Source: an uncultured Methanosarcinaceae archaeon
Lineage (GTDB): Archaea; Halobacteriota; Methanosarcinia; Methanosarcinales; Methanosarcinaceae
Direction of reading: 5' to 3'
Length of the DNA: 64,000 nt
Assembly: GCA_963847185.1 (NCBI GenBank)
Contig: CAWJYV010000010.1
Span: 32,001-96,000 of the forward strand
Shown: positions 55,687-64,000 of the stretch, piece after piece
How positions within the stretch are numbered: the stretch's first letter is position 1
Layout: each line of letters begins with the position of its first letter
The notes under the pieces: model-generated
Databases searched by the model: none
What the model was told of the DNA's origin: nothing
Seen by the model: only the letters and a program-made list of their open reading frames with translations
Program-made: the position numbers and the translations under genes

Positions 55687-58098
55687 TTGAATAAGCAATT
55701 AAGAGTATTATTTATAGGAACTTATGTTCCAAAAGAGTGTGGGATTGCTACATTCACTTCTGATCTTTTAAATTCAGTTTCTGGAGAAAACAACGACGTT
55801 CATTGTGAAGTTATTGCTTTAAGTGATCCTTCTGAAAATTATACTTATCCGGAAGAAGTCGTTTTTCAAATTCAAAGAGATAAACTCGAGGATTATTACC
55901 TGGCTGCGGATTATATAAATCAATCTGATGCTGATATCGTATGTCTGCAGCATGAGTTCGGTCTTTTTGGGGGAAATGCAGGAGATTACATTTTTGCTCT
56001 TCTATCAGGAATAAACAAGCCTGTAATAACCACAATGCATACTGTGATCCGGGAGCCTGAACTTGAGTATCGAGTATCCACAGAACAACTCATCAAGTAT
56101 TCCGAAAAACTGGTTGTAATGAGCCAGGCTGCAGTAGATATGCTAAAAAATGTTTATAAGGTTCCTGAAGACAAAATAGAAATTATTTTCCATGGAGTTC
56201 CTGACTATCCGTTTAACGACTGCAGTAAGTATAAAAAAATGCTGAATCTGAAAGGGTCTCCACTTGTCCTTACTTTCGGCCTGCTGAGCCAGAATAAAGG
56301 TATTGAAAGTGTGCTCGAGGCTCTTCCTGAAGTTGTAAGCCAGTATCCGGACCTTGTTTATCTTGTACTGGGTGCCACGCACCCTATGGTCAAAAAGACT
56401 CAGGGAGAAGTATACAGGCAATATCTTAAGAACAAGGTATCCGAACTCGGGCTTGAAAACAATGTAGTATTCCACGATAAATTTGTCGAAAAAGAAGAAC
56501 TCTGCAATTATATCCTTGCCAGTGATATTTACGTATCCCCTTACCTTTCCAGAGAACAGATCGTAAGTGGCGCTCTGACCTATGCAATGGGTATGGGAAA
56601 AGCAATAGTATCCACTCCTTACTGGTACGCTCAGGAAATGCTTTCCGATAATTGCGGGCTGCTTGTAGATTTCGGAGACACTGATGGCTTTAAAAACTCG
56701 CTTTTATACTTAATTGAAAATCCAGAAGAGTGTAATGGTATGCGCAAAAAGGCATACGATTTTGGTAGAAAAATGACATGGAAAAATGTATGTAAAGAAT
56801 ATAATACTGTTTTTAGTAAGGCTTTAAAGCACTACAATACCTATCCCAGAGTACAGAACAGATTTAATTTCCTTCCAAATCAGCTGCCTGAAGTTAAACT
56901 CGACCACCTCGAACTGCTGACTGATGACGTGGGCATTATCCAGCATACCAATCTTGGTGTACCTGCTCGCCATTATGGGTACAGTACTGATGACGTTGGA
57001 AGAGCTCTTGTTGCACTGACACAGCTGATAGATAGCCAGAAAAAAGCCGAAGAGTTCCGGAAGATTATTACCACATACATGAGCTTCCTTGAACATGCTC
57101 AGACTGATACGGGGCACTTTCATAACTTCATGAGTTATAAGAGGGAATTTTTGGATGAGAAAGGTAGTGAAGACACTCTTGGACGTGCGATCTATGGGCT
57201 TGGACATGTAATAAGCTGCCCGTATCTATCAAGAAATATACGCACTCTTGCACATACCCTTGTCAGCAGATCCAAACCAGAAATGGAAAATCTGGGTTAC
57301 CCAAGGGCAAAAGCCTATACAATGTGCGGTTTGTATGAGATTCTCAGGACAGAAGTAGATGCAGATGAATTTGAGTCCGTATTCAACTCACATAGAGGCG
57401 TTATTAAGCCTATAGACACTCTTGTAGACAGGGACAACTTTGAATCCATATTTCTCAGCCACGCGGATTCTCTGGTCAACTTATACGAGGCTAACCATAA
57501 AGAAGACTGGAACTGGTTTGAGCCCACAGTTACCTATGGTAATGCAAAACTAAGCGAATCTCTTTTGCTGGCGTATAATTATACCAAAAACAAAACTTAC
57601 AGAGAAATAGGCCTTGCTACATTGGATTTCCTTACTGAGATCCAGTGGAAAGGAGATTTTTTTGACGCGGTTGGAAACAAGGGCTGGTACTCCTATAAAG
57701 GAGAAAAACCGATTTTTGACCAGCAGCCTATAGAGGCAGGTTATTTAACTCAGGCTTATGTTTCGGCTTATGAAATCGTGCATGAGAGGAAATATCTCGA
57801 GCTTGCAAAATACTCTTTTGAGTACTTCCTTGGCAGAAACCGCTTGCAAGCTGTCATGTACGATTACTCGACGGGTGCGGTCTTTGATGGGCTCACTTCT
57901 GACGGAATGAATTACAACCAGGGTGCAGAATCCGTAATTTGCTTTCTTATGGCATTGAGCTCTTTAAATGAACACATGCATGAAGCCTTCAGTACATTAT
58001 TGCAATCCAAAGTAAGTGATGGGTTAGTGACAGGGGCTCTAGAGAAACGAAAAAGCCTGTTATCAGTAAGTCAAGAAGAAATGAGGGAAGTGACATAA
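55687..58098 (+). CDS. GT4 glycosyltransferase fused to a C-terminal six-hairpin glycosidase-like domain
   Basis: ECGIATF, QHEFG, FGLLSQNKG, SGALTYAMG; C-terminal half YSTDD..RA, WFE..TY.NA, FDQQPIEA, NQGAES; TTG start with GGAGG. Confidence 0.85.
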   Translation: MNKQLRVLFIGTYVPKECGIATFTSDLLNSVSGENNDVHCEVIALSDPSENYTYPEEVVFQIQRDKLEDYYLAADYINQSDADIVCLQHEFGLFGGNAGDYIFALLSGINKPVITTMHTVIREPELEYRVSTEQLIKYSEKLVVMSQAAVDMLKNVYKVPEDKIEIIFHGVPDYPFNDCSKYKKMLNLKGSPLVLTFGLLSQNKGIESVLEALPEVVSQYPDLVYLVLGATHPMVKKTQGEVYRQYLKNKVSELGLENNVVFHDKFVEKEELCNYILASDIYVSPYLSREQIVSGALTYAMGMGKAIVSTPYWYAQEMLSDNCGLLVDFGDTDGFKNSLLYLIENPEECNGMRKKAYDFGRKMTWKNVCKEYNTVFSKALKHYNTYPRVQNRFNFLPNQLPEVKLDHLELLTDDVGIIQHTNLGVPARHYGYSTDDVGRALVALTQLIDSQKKAEEFRKIITTYMSFLEHAQTDTGHFHNFMSYKREFLDEKGSEDTLGRAIYGLGHVISCPYLSRNIRTLAHTLVSRSKPEMENLGYPRAKAYTMCGLYEILRTEVDADEFESVFNSHRGVIKPIDTLVDRDNFESIFLSHADSLVNLYEANHKEDWNWFEPTVTYGNAKLSESLLLAYNYTKNKTYREIGLATLDFLTEIQWKGDFFDAVGNKGWYSYKGEKPIFDQQPIEAGYLTQAYVSAYEIVHERKYLELAKYSFEYFLGRNRLQAVMYDYSTGAVFDGLTSDGMNYNQGAESVICFLMALSSLNEHMHEAFSTLLQSKVSDGLVTGALEKRKSLLSVSQEEMREVT

Positions 58099-59156
58099 TG
58101 TGGAAAGACCATGGAGAACTGTTCCAAAGGTGTGAGAAAAATCCTATACTTACCGTTGAAGATTGGCCGTATCAGGCCCATTCAGTATTTAACCCTGCGG
58201 CTGCCATAGTTGATGGTATAACTTTATTAATGGTACGTGTCGAAGACCACAGGGGCTTTTCTCACTTTACAATAGCCAGGAGTAGGAACGGAATTGATGG
58301 CTGGGAAATTGACAGCGAACCAACTTTTTCTCCTGATCCTGCAAATTACCCTGAAGAGATATACGGCATTGAAGATGCACGTATAACTTACATAGATGAG
58401 ATGGGAAAATGGGCTGTAACATACACGGCTTTTTCGGATTCAGGCCCCTTACCATCTCTTGCCCTTACAGAAGATTTCCGTAATTTCGAACGAATGGGAG
58501 CTATCCTGCCGCCTGAAAATAAAGATGCTGCTATTTTTCCTGTAAGATTTAATGGCAGGTGGGCGATGTTGCACAGGCCTGTATCTCAGAGTTCGAAGGC
58601 AAATATCTGGATCTCCTTTTCTCCAGATATGAAATACTGGGGAGAACACGAGGTTCTTCTGTATGCTCGGGAAGGCGGATGGTGGGATGCCAACAAGATA
58701 GGTCTATCACCGCAGCCAATCCGCACATCTGACGGATGGTTAATTATGTACCATGGGGTACGCCAGACGACATCTAAAGCAAGTTATCGGCTTGGACTTG
58801 CCCTTCTTGATCCTGAAGATCCCAGAAAAGTGCTTCACAGGTCCGAAGGATGGGTTTTCGGGCCTCGTGAAATGTATGAACGCAGCGGAGACGTTAATGA
58901 TGTTGTTTTCCCCTGCGGATGGGTCTTAGTGGATGATGAAATCCGTATTTATTATGGAAGTGCGGATGTATCAGTATCGATGGCCAGTGCAAAATTGAGC
59001 GATATCCTAGAGTATATCCATGGGTGTCCTGAGACACAGTGCCCTGAAGAATACTGCAGATGGTTTGAAGAAAACAGAGGAAAGTCCACTGATCCAAAAA
59101 AAGGTGATATAAAATTAAATCTCATCCCAAAACCAATTTTATTCTCAAATAAGTAA
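58098..59156 (+). CDS. GH130-like glycosidase/phosphorylase (5-bladed beta-propeller)
   Basis: NPIL, FNPAA, GIEDARI, NKDAAIFP, LHRP, YHGV, VVFPCG, YYGSAD. Confidence 0.88.
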   Translation: MWKDHGELFQRCEKNPILTVEDWPYQAHSVFNPAAAIVDGITLLMVRVEDHRGFSHFTIARSRNGIDGWEIDSEPTFSPDPANYPEEIYGIEDARITYIDEMGKWAVTYTAFSDSGPLPSLALTEDFRNFERMGAILPPENKDAAIFPVRFNGRWAMLHRPVSQSSKANIWISFSPDMKYWGEHEVLLYAREGGWWDANKIGLSPQPIRTSDGWLIMYHGVRQTTSKASYRLGLALLDPEDPRKVLHRSEGWVFGPREMYERSGDVNDVVFPCGWVLVDDEIRIYYGSADVSVSMASAKLSDILEYIHGCPETQCPEEYCRWFEENRGKSTDPKKGDIKLNLIPKPILFSNK

Positions 59157-59255
59157 AGATTCAATCTCCTTACGAACTTTTTTTCATAACCATAAACTCG
59201 ATTTATCACTAAGAATACTAATAGAAGAACCAATTTTGAGTCTTGGGATCAGCTC
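59118..59255. mobile_element. MITE family A overlapping the 3' end of the GH130 gene
   Basis: AATCTCATCCCAAAACCAATTTT ... TCTTGGGATCAGCTC. Confidence 0.75.
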
Positions 59256-59355
59256 TTAAAATAGAATTACAATTAAAACAAAATTACAACTAAAATGAAA
59301 TTAACTTTAGATTTGAAAATAAATTTGGAGATGTGAGTATTTTGGGGGTATTATT

Positions 59356-60393
59356 ATAAGAATTGCAATGTTATCTCCGATTGCCTGGAGCACGCCACCT
59401 AAAAGGTATGGCCCATGGGAATCAGTAGTATCTTTATTAACCGAAGGGCTTGTAAAAAGGGGAATTGATGTTACACTGTTTGCGACAGCAGATTCGCATA
59501 CCGCAGCCAAACTTCATTCAGTATGTCCGAGACCCTACGAAGAAGATAAGAGTATATTGGCAAAGGCATATGAATGCCTGCATATATCAGAGGTTTTTGA
59601 GAGGGCAAATGAGTTCGATATAATACACAATCATTTCGACTATCTCCCACTTACCTACAGTGCGCTTGTTAATACACCTGTTGTGACAACAATACACGGC
59701 ATTTCTTCGAGGAAAATTCTGCCTGTCTATAAAAAGTACAATAATAGGACTTTCTATGTATCCATAAGTGATGCCTACAGATGCCAGGAACTGGACTATA
59801 TAGCTACGGTTCGGCACGGAATCGACATAGAAAGTCTTCATTTCAATGATAAGCCGCAGGACTATCTCCTCTTTTTATCGCGCCTGCACAAAGACAAAGG
59901 AGCAAAAGAAGCAATAGAAGTTGCAAAAAAAACAGAAAGGAAACTTAGAATAGCCGGTTTTATCGCAGATCAGGCCTATTTCGAAAAAGAAGTGCTGCCC
60001 CATATAGACAATGAACAGATTATTTATGAGGGGCATGTAGATCCTGAGCGTAAGAAGGAACTCCTGTCAAATGCTTACGCTTTGCTGCACATGATCAATT
60101 ATGATGAGGCTTTCGGACTTGGTGTGGTTGAAGCTATGGCCAGCGGTACACCGGTAATTGCAATGAATAGGGGTTCGATGCCTGAGCTGATAAGGGATAA
60201 AGAGACCGGATTTTTGGTTAACAGCGTTGAAGAAGCCGCAGAGGCTGTGCAAAAGGTTGCTTCCATATCCCGCAAAAAATGCAGGGAAAGTGTGGAAAAA
60301 TGTTTCTCTGTTGACCGGATGGTAGATGATTACATCAAGGTGTACGAAACAATTCAGGAGAAATGCAAACATGAGTCAGAAATGCAAACATGA
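59356..60393 (+). CDS. Glycosyltransferase family 4 (probably the N-terminal part of a GT4-cupin fusion)
   Basis: (I)RIAMLSPIAW..PP..YG, EAFGLGVVEAMASGTP; first ATG at 59368, likely start ATA at 59356. Confidence 0.88.
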   Translation: MRIAMLSPIAWSTPPKRYGPWESVVSLLTEGLVKRGIDVTLFATADSHTAAKLHSVCPRPYEEDKSILAKAYECLHISEVFERANEFDIIHNHFDYLPLTYSALVNTPVVTTIHGISSRKILPVYKKYNNRTFYVSISDAYRCQELDYIATVRHGIDIESLHFNDKPQDYLLFLSRLHKDKGAKEAIEVAKKTERKLRIAGFIADQAYFEKEVLPHIDNEQIIYEGHVDPERKKELLSNAYALLHMINYDEAFGLGVVEAMASGTPVIAMNRGSMPELIRDKETGFLVNSVEEAAEAVQKVASISRKKCRESVEKCFSVDRMVDDYIKVYETIQEKCKHESEMQT

Positions 60394-60397
60394 GTCA
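60360..60397 (+). repeat. Perfect 19-bp tandem duplication GAAATGCAAACATGAGTCA
   Basis: 60360-60378 is identical to 60379-60397. Confidence 0.95.
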
Positions 60398-60727
60398 GAA
60401 AGACCCTGGGGGCACTATGAGGTGCTTACTCAGAAGCCCGGGTACAAAGTCAAAAGCCTTACGGTTATGCCTCAGGGTGAAATCTCACTTCAGCGCCATG
60501 CTCATAGAAATGAGCACTGGTACATAGTAAAGGGAAAAGGAATTGTAACTAAAAACGGGAGTGAAATCAGGGTTCTTGTCGGAGATTCTGTCGATTTTCC
60601 GGTAAACGAGGTGCATCGCGTTAGAAATATAGACAACGAAAATCTCGTTTTCATTGAGATCGCGCAGGGAGATTACCTTGGAGAAGATGACATCGTCAGA
60701 CTTGAGGATAAATACGGGAGAGTCTGA
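60371..60727 (+). CDS. Type II mannose-6-phosphate isomerase C-terminal cupin domain
   Basis: RPWG, SLQRHAHRNEHW, HRVRN, IEIAQG.YLGEDDIVRLEDKYGR. Confidence 0.88.
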   Translation: MSQKCKHESERPWGHYEVLTQKPGYKVKSLTVMPQGEISLQRHAHRNEHWYIVKGKGIVTKNGSEIRVLVGDSVDFPVNEVHRVRNIDNENLVFIEIAQGDYLGEDDIVRLEDKYGRV

Positions 60728-61153
60728 GAAGATTTGTATTTAATGAGTTTGTATTTTGGAAGACAACCTATATCGCAACTCAATACACATTTTTCTAATT
60801 ACATGTTGCATTTCCGTAACTCACTGTTACATTTCTTTTTTTAAAAGAAGGCAATGATACTTGGTCGGATTTCTCAGGTTCTTCCTTTTATTACCAGAGA
60901 AATTTTAGAACCTACCTCGGCGTTTTTACCCTTTGAGGAATTTAATCAGGAAATTCGTATTTCTTATAGGAATTTTTGACCTGAGCCGTTACATCCTCAC
61001 CCAATATTTCGGAGATTTTTATGAAGGTGCCTCAGAACTCATAGGGCTCATCATAGAATCAGCCAGATTTTTCATCACAGGCACCCAATTGAAAGTTCAG
61101 ATATTGTTCAAGTTATAAGAAATATGTTCAAGATATTTAAGGAAAAAATACTT

Positions 61154-61819
61154 TCAGTTTCCGCCTCTTAGCTCAGACTTGATCTCCTCAGTAATCTGCC
61201 TTGCAGCTTCTTTTGGAGACTCTGCCTTATAGATGCTTCTTCCGACAATCACCCAGTCTGCTCCTGCAGAGATTACATCAGAGGCTTTTCCTCCCTGGGC
61301 TCCTACTCCAGGAGATATAATAGTAAGGTTGTCTCCGATAATTTTCCTTATCTCTTTGACTCTTTCAGGTCTGGTGGCCGGAGCAACAAGCCCGAAGGCT
61401 CCTGCTTCAGCGGCCATTCTTGCGATCTCTTCTGCAACAGGCTGCATGAACTCGGTTCCACCCGGATGGCTCATTTCACTTACAACAAACACATCTCTCC
61501 CGTATTCAGAAGCAGTTTCAATGCAGGCATCAAGGCTGTCTCTTCCGGTAAAACCCTGGGCAATGACTGCACTCGCTCCTGCTTTAAAGACCTGCTTACA
61601 GATAAGACGGTTGGTGTTGGGAATATCAGCAACCTTGAAATCGGCTATTATTGGGGCGAGTTTAGCAAGCTCCCTTATAATCCCTAGCCCTGTTGCAAGT
61701 ATGAGAGGATAACCAACCTTTATTGCATCTACAAATTCCCGGACATCTTCTGCAATTTTGAGTGCTTCATCTCTGTCAGTAACATCCAGGGCAAGAATCA
61801 TACAGGTATTTTTTTCCAT
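61154..61819 (-). CDS. pyrF: Orotidine-5'-phosphate decarboxylase
   Basis: [14 protein letters not shown] (DxKxxDIxxT), PGVGAQG, VGRSIY; ATG at 61819 with GAGGTGA. Confidence 0.96.
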   Translation of the reverse strand: MEKNTCMILALDVTDRDEALKIAEDVREFVDAIKVGYPLILATGLGIIRELAKLAPIIADFKVADIPNTNRLICKQVFKAGASAVIAQGFTGRDSLDACIETASEYGRDVFVVSEMSHPGGTEFMQPVAEEIARMAAEAGAFGLVAPATRPERVKEIRKIIGDNLTIISPGVGAQGGKASDVISAGADWVIVGRSIYKAESPKEAARQITEEIKSELRGGN

Positions 61820-61823
61820 CAAA

Positions 61824-62777
61824 TCACCTCTTTGAAAGGCGCGTCCGAACGGCAGCAATGATGAGCGGAAGGGTAATGGTTGCATCCGCGTACACAGTTA
61901 CGGATTTTGCGTTTTCGCCTACCTTTCCCCAGGATTGGGCTTCGTCAAGGGTTGCACCGCTAAGCCCTCCTGTTTCCGGGCGGTCCATTGTTAACTGGAT
62001 TGCGTAATCAAAGGACTTGGGAGTTACAAGCATGGACTGCAGGATATAGTTTTTTGGGACTCCGCCACCTATCAAAAAAGCACCTGCGCTTTCGGCTTCA
62101 TAACAAATCTCCATGAACTCGTGCATGTCAGCAAAGGCGTCCACATTAAAGGGATTCCCTTCCTTGTACAACCAGGCCTGAAGCCCTATTACAGAGTCCT
62201 GTAGAGCCGGACAGTAGACAGGCACACCCATGTCTGCTGCAGTTTTTAAGATAGAAGAATCGTCATCAAGGTTTTTCCCGATTTCCGTAAGGACCTGCCG
62301 GATAGATAGTTTTTCCTGTGGAAGCTTGGAATAGACGTCCTGCAAAAACTCCTCGAGGTCGGAAAAGTGCTGGTCAGGAAGGTAGACATCATAAATCCTG
62401 TCAATACATTCGTGCCTTAGTTGAACGTCGTTTGCGCAGTCGTTGCCTTTATAGTGATGTAGCCCCAGGGCTTCAACCGTATCATGCACCATGTTGGCTC
62501 CGGTAGTGACAAGGACATCTATGTGTCCGTCCCGGATAAGGTCTGCAATAATTTGCCTCATTCCTGCAGGAGTCATGGCCCCTGCAAGCCCGAAAAATTT
62601 CTTAGTTTTTTCCGAAGCCAGCATCTCGTAATAGATGTCAACAGCCTCGGCCAGCCTGCCTGCTCCAAAAGCACAGCCGCCGTATTCTCTTACAAGCTCG
62701 TCTACAGTCATATTCGGGACTATTTTTGCCCCTTTCACAGGAGTTGTAAGTTTTTTAGCAGAAGCTTCAAAATCCAT
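61824..62777 (-). CDS. dys: Deoxyhypusine synthase
   Basis: [40 protein letters not shown]. Confidence 0.93.
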   Translation of the reverse strand: MDFEASAKKLTTPVKGAKIVPNMTVDELVREYGGCAFGAGRLAEAVDIYYEMLASEKTKKFFGLAGAMTPAGMRQIIADLIRDGHIDVLVTTGANMVHDTVEALGLHHYKGNDCANDVQLRHECIDRIYDVYLPDQHFSDLEEFLQDVYSKLPQEKLSIRQVLTEIGKNLDDDSSILKTAADMGVPVYCPALQDSVIGLQAWLYKEGNPFNVDAFADMHEFMEICYEAESAGAFLIGGGVPKNYILQSMLVTPKSFDYAIQLTMDRPETGGLSGATLDEAQSWGKVGENAKSVTVYADATITLPLIIAAVRTRLSKR

Positions 62778-63219
62778 TCTTTTTCCTCAGAGATTACAAG
62801 AAATTAATATATTTCAAATTTCATCCTTCATTTAACATATATCCATAGGTAAATAAATACCAGTATCTGCCGATATATATCAGCATATGCAAGTATGTAT
62901 CATTATGATCTTGATAGTAATATATTTGGATACTATCCAGAGAACTGATATATTTAAACACTGTCCAGATAATAAATATAGTTTAGACCCACAAGTATTG
63001 CAAAACCTGGATCAAAGTCTTCATTTCCACTTGGTGCAAACGTGCTGAACTGGTCTGAACTGAGTTATCTGAACACGTCTGTATAGATAAATCTTCTCTT
63101 CTGAGAAACACAGGAAAGAATTCTTCTGAAAAAACTGTATTTGAACATTAAGAAAAAGTACAAAACAGTAGCAGTAAAAGCAAAAATTGATATTAACAAT
63201 AAAAATAATTGGGACAAAA

Positions 63220-63861
63220 ATGCAGGAAGAAATAATAAGGTACGAAAATATAGGTATATCTTTCGGCAGTAAAAAAGTAATTTCTGGCTTCTCCCTCCGC
63301 ATCCTTAGAGGTCAGAAAATCCTGCTCAGAGGAAAATCAGGAACAGGAAAATCTACCTTATTCAAAATGCTCCTGGGATTTGAAAGTCTCTCTGAAGGCT
63401 CCCTCTATTATAAGAAGAAACCTATAAATTCTCATGTAGCCTGGGAAATCAGAAAAGAGGTCAGTTATGTTTCTCAGGACACGGACCTTGGGGAAGGGCC
63501 TGTAAAGAACCTGCTTGATGAGATATTTTCTTACCGCCCTAACAGGGAAAAAAAGAATTTCGAGAAATTAAATATTTTGATGAAGGAATTTGAGCTCGAT
63601 AAAGATATACTAGAGAAAAACTTTGAGAATCTTTCAGGAGGGGAAAAACAGAGGATAGGAATTCTCATATCTCTGATGCTTGAAAGAGATACTTTTCTAC
63701 TTGATGAAGCAACATCTGCTCTTGATTCCGAGCTTAAAAAAAGGGTTGTGGACCATTTTCTTAAACACAACGACTGGACTCTTTTTATAATCTCGCATGA
63801 TAAAGAATGGGAAAGAGACGAGGTAGAAATTGTAAAACTTAGAAAGGATGGACTTAGCTAA
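63220..63861 (+). CDS. ABC transporter ATP-binding protein
   Basis: GKSGTGKST, LSGGEKQR, LLDEATSALD, ISH. Confidence 0.9.
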   Translation: MQEEIIRYENIGISFGSKKVISGFSLRILRGQKILLRGKSGTGKSTLFKMLLGFESLSEGSLYYKKKPINSHVAWEIRKEVSYVSQDTDLGEGPVKNLLDEIFSYRPNREKKNFEKLNILMKEFELDKDILEKNFENLSGGEKQRIGILISLMLERDTFLLDEATSALDSELKKRVVDHFLKHNDWTLFIISHDKEWERDEVEIVKLRKDGLS

Positions 63862-64000
63862 AAAAGGTAATATCTGAAGAAAAGTATGACCTGACTCCAT
63901 AACCCGAAATCCTGAAATTTGGGAAATTAATTCTTGCAAATAGGAGAAAAAGCTAACTAAATAAGAGGCGCGAAAATTAAGAGAGGGAAAAATTAAGAGG

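Noticed and set aside
55417-55694. ORFs with DQDKI and LDLFY repeats
   Set aside because: They are translations of the 15-bp VNTR on both strands, with no other coding evidence
60326-60370. Longer start for the cupin ORF
   Set aside because: It lies out of frame inside GT4 and is linked to the cupin only by the 19-bp duplication
61820-61885. N-terminal extension of PyrF in the ORF track
   Set aside because: It overlaps dys; ATG 61819 has a good RBS and gives a typical length
63940-64000. Short AAATTAAGAG-like repeats at the window end
   Set aside because: Too short, low-complexity and truncated by the window edge

Overview
Archaeal chromosomal segment, most likely Methanosarcina (inferred from the beta-propeller/PKD surface protein, iorAB, pyrF-dys and the IS repertoire). 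About 46 kb is an AT-rich surface-polysaccharide/glycosylation island: many GT2/GT4 glycosyltransferases, a Wzx flippase, a Wzm/Wzt ABC exporter, a Wzy-like membrane protein, nucleotide-sugar epimerases, an aminotransferase and wecB. The island carries IS1, IS5-like, IS1182, IS701 and IS630 elements, three MITE families and many frameshifted genes. It is followed by iorAB, a CooC-like ATPase, a second flippase, a GT4/GH130/GT4-cupin operon, pyrF, dys and an ABC ATPase. The most notable unannotated signals are: (1) a ~330-bp promoter + structured leader + 35-aa peptide cassette duplicated in inverted orientation around the second flippase; (2) a GT4-cupin fusion split by a perfect 19-bp tandem duplication; (3) a dispersed ~160-nt hairpin-containing non-coding repeat family at 3-7.5 kb; (4) small unannotated proteins and candidate non-ATG starts; (5) IS1182 inserted into a hairpin loop and IS1 nested in a MITE. 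No rRNA, tRNA or CRISPR array was seen. All alignments were done by eye.
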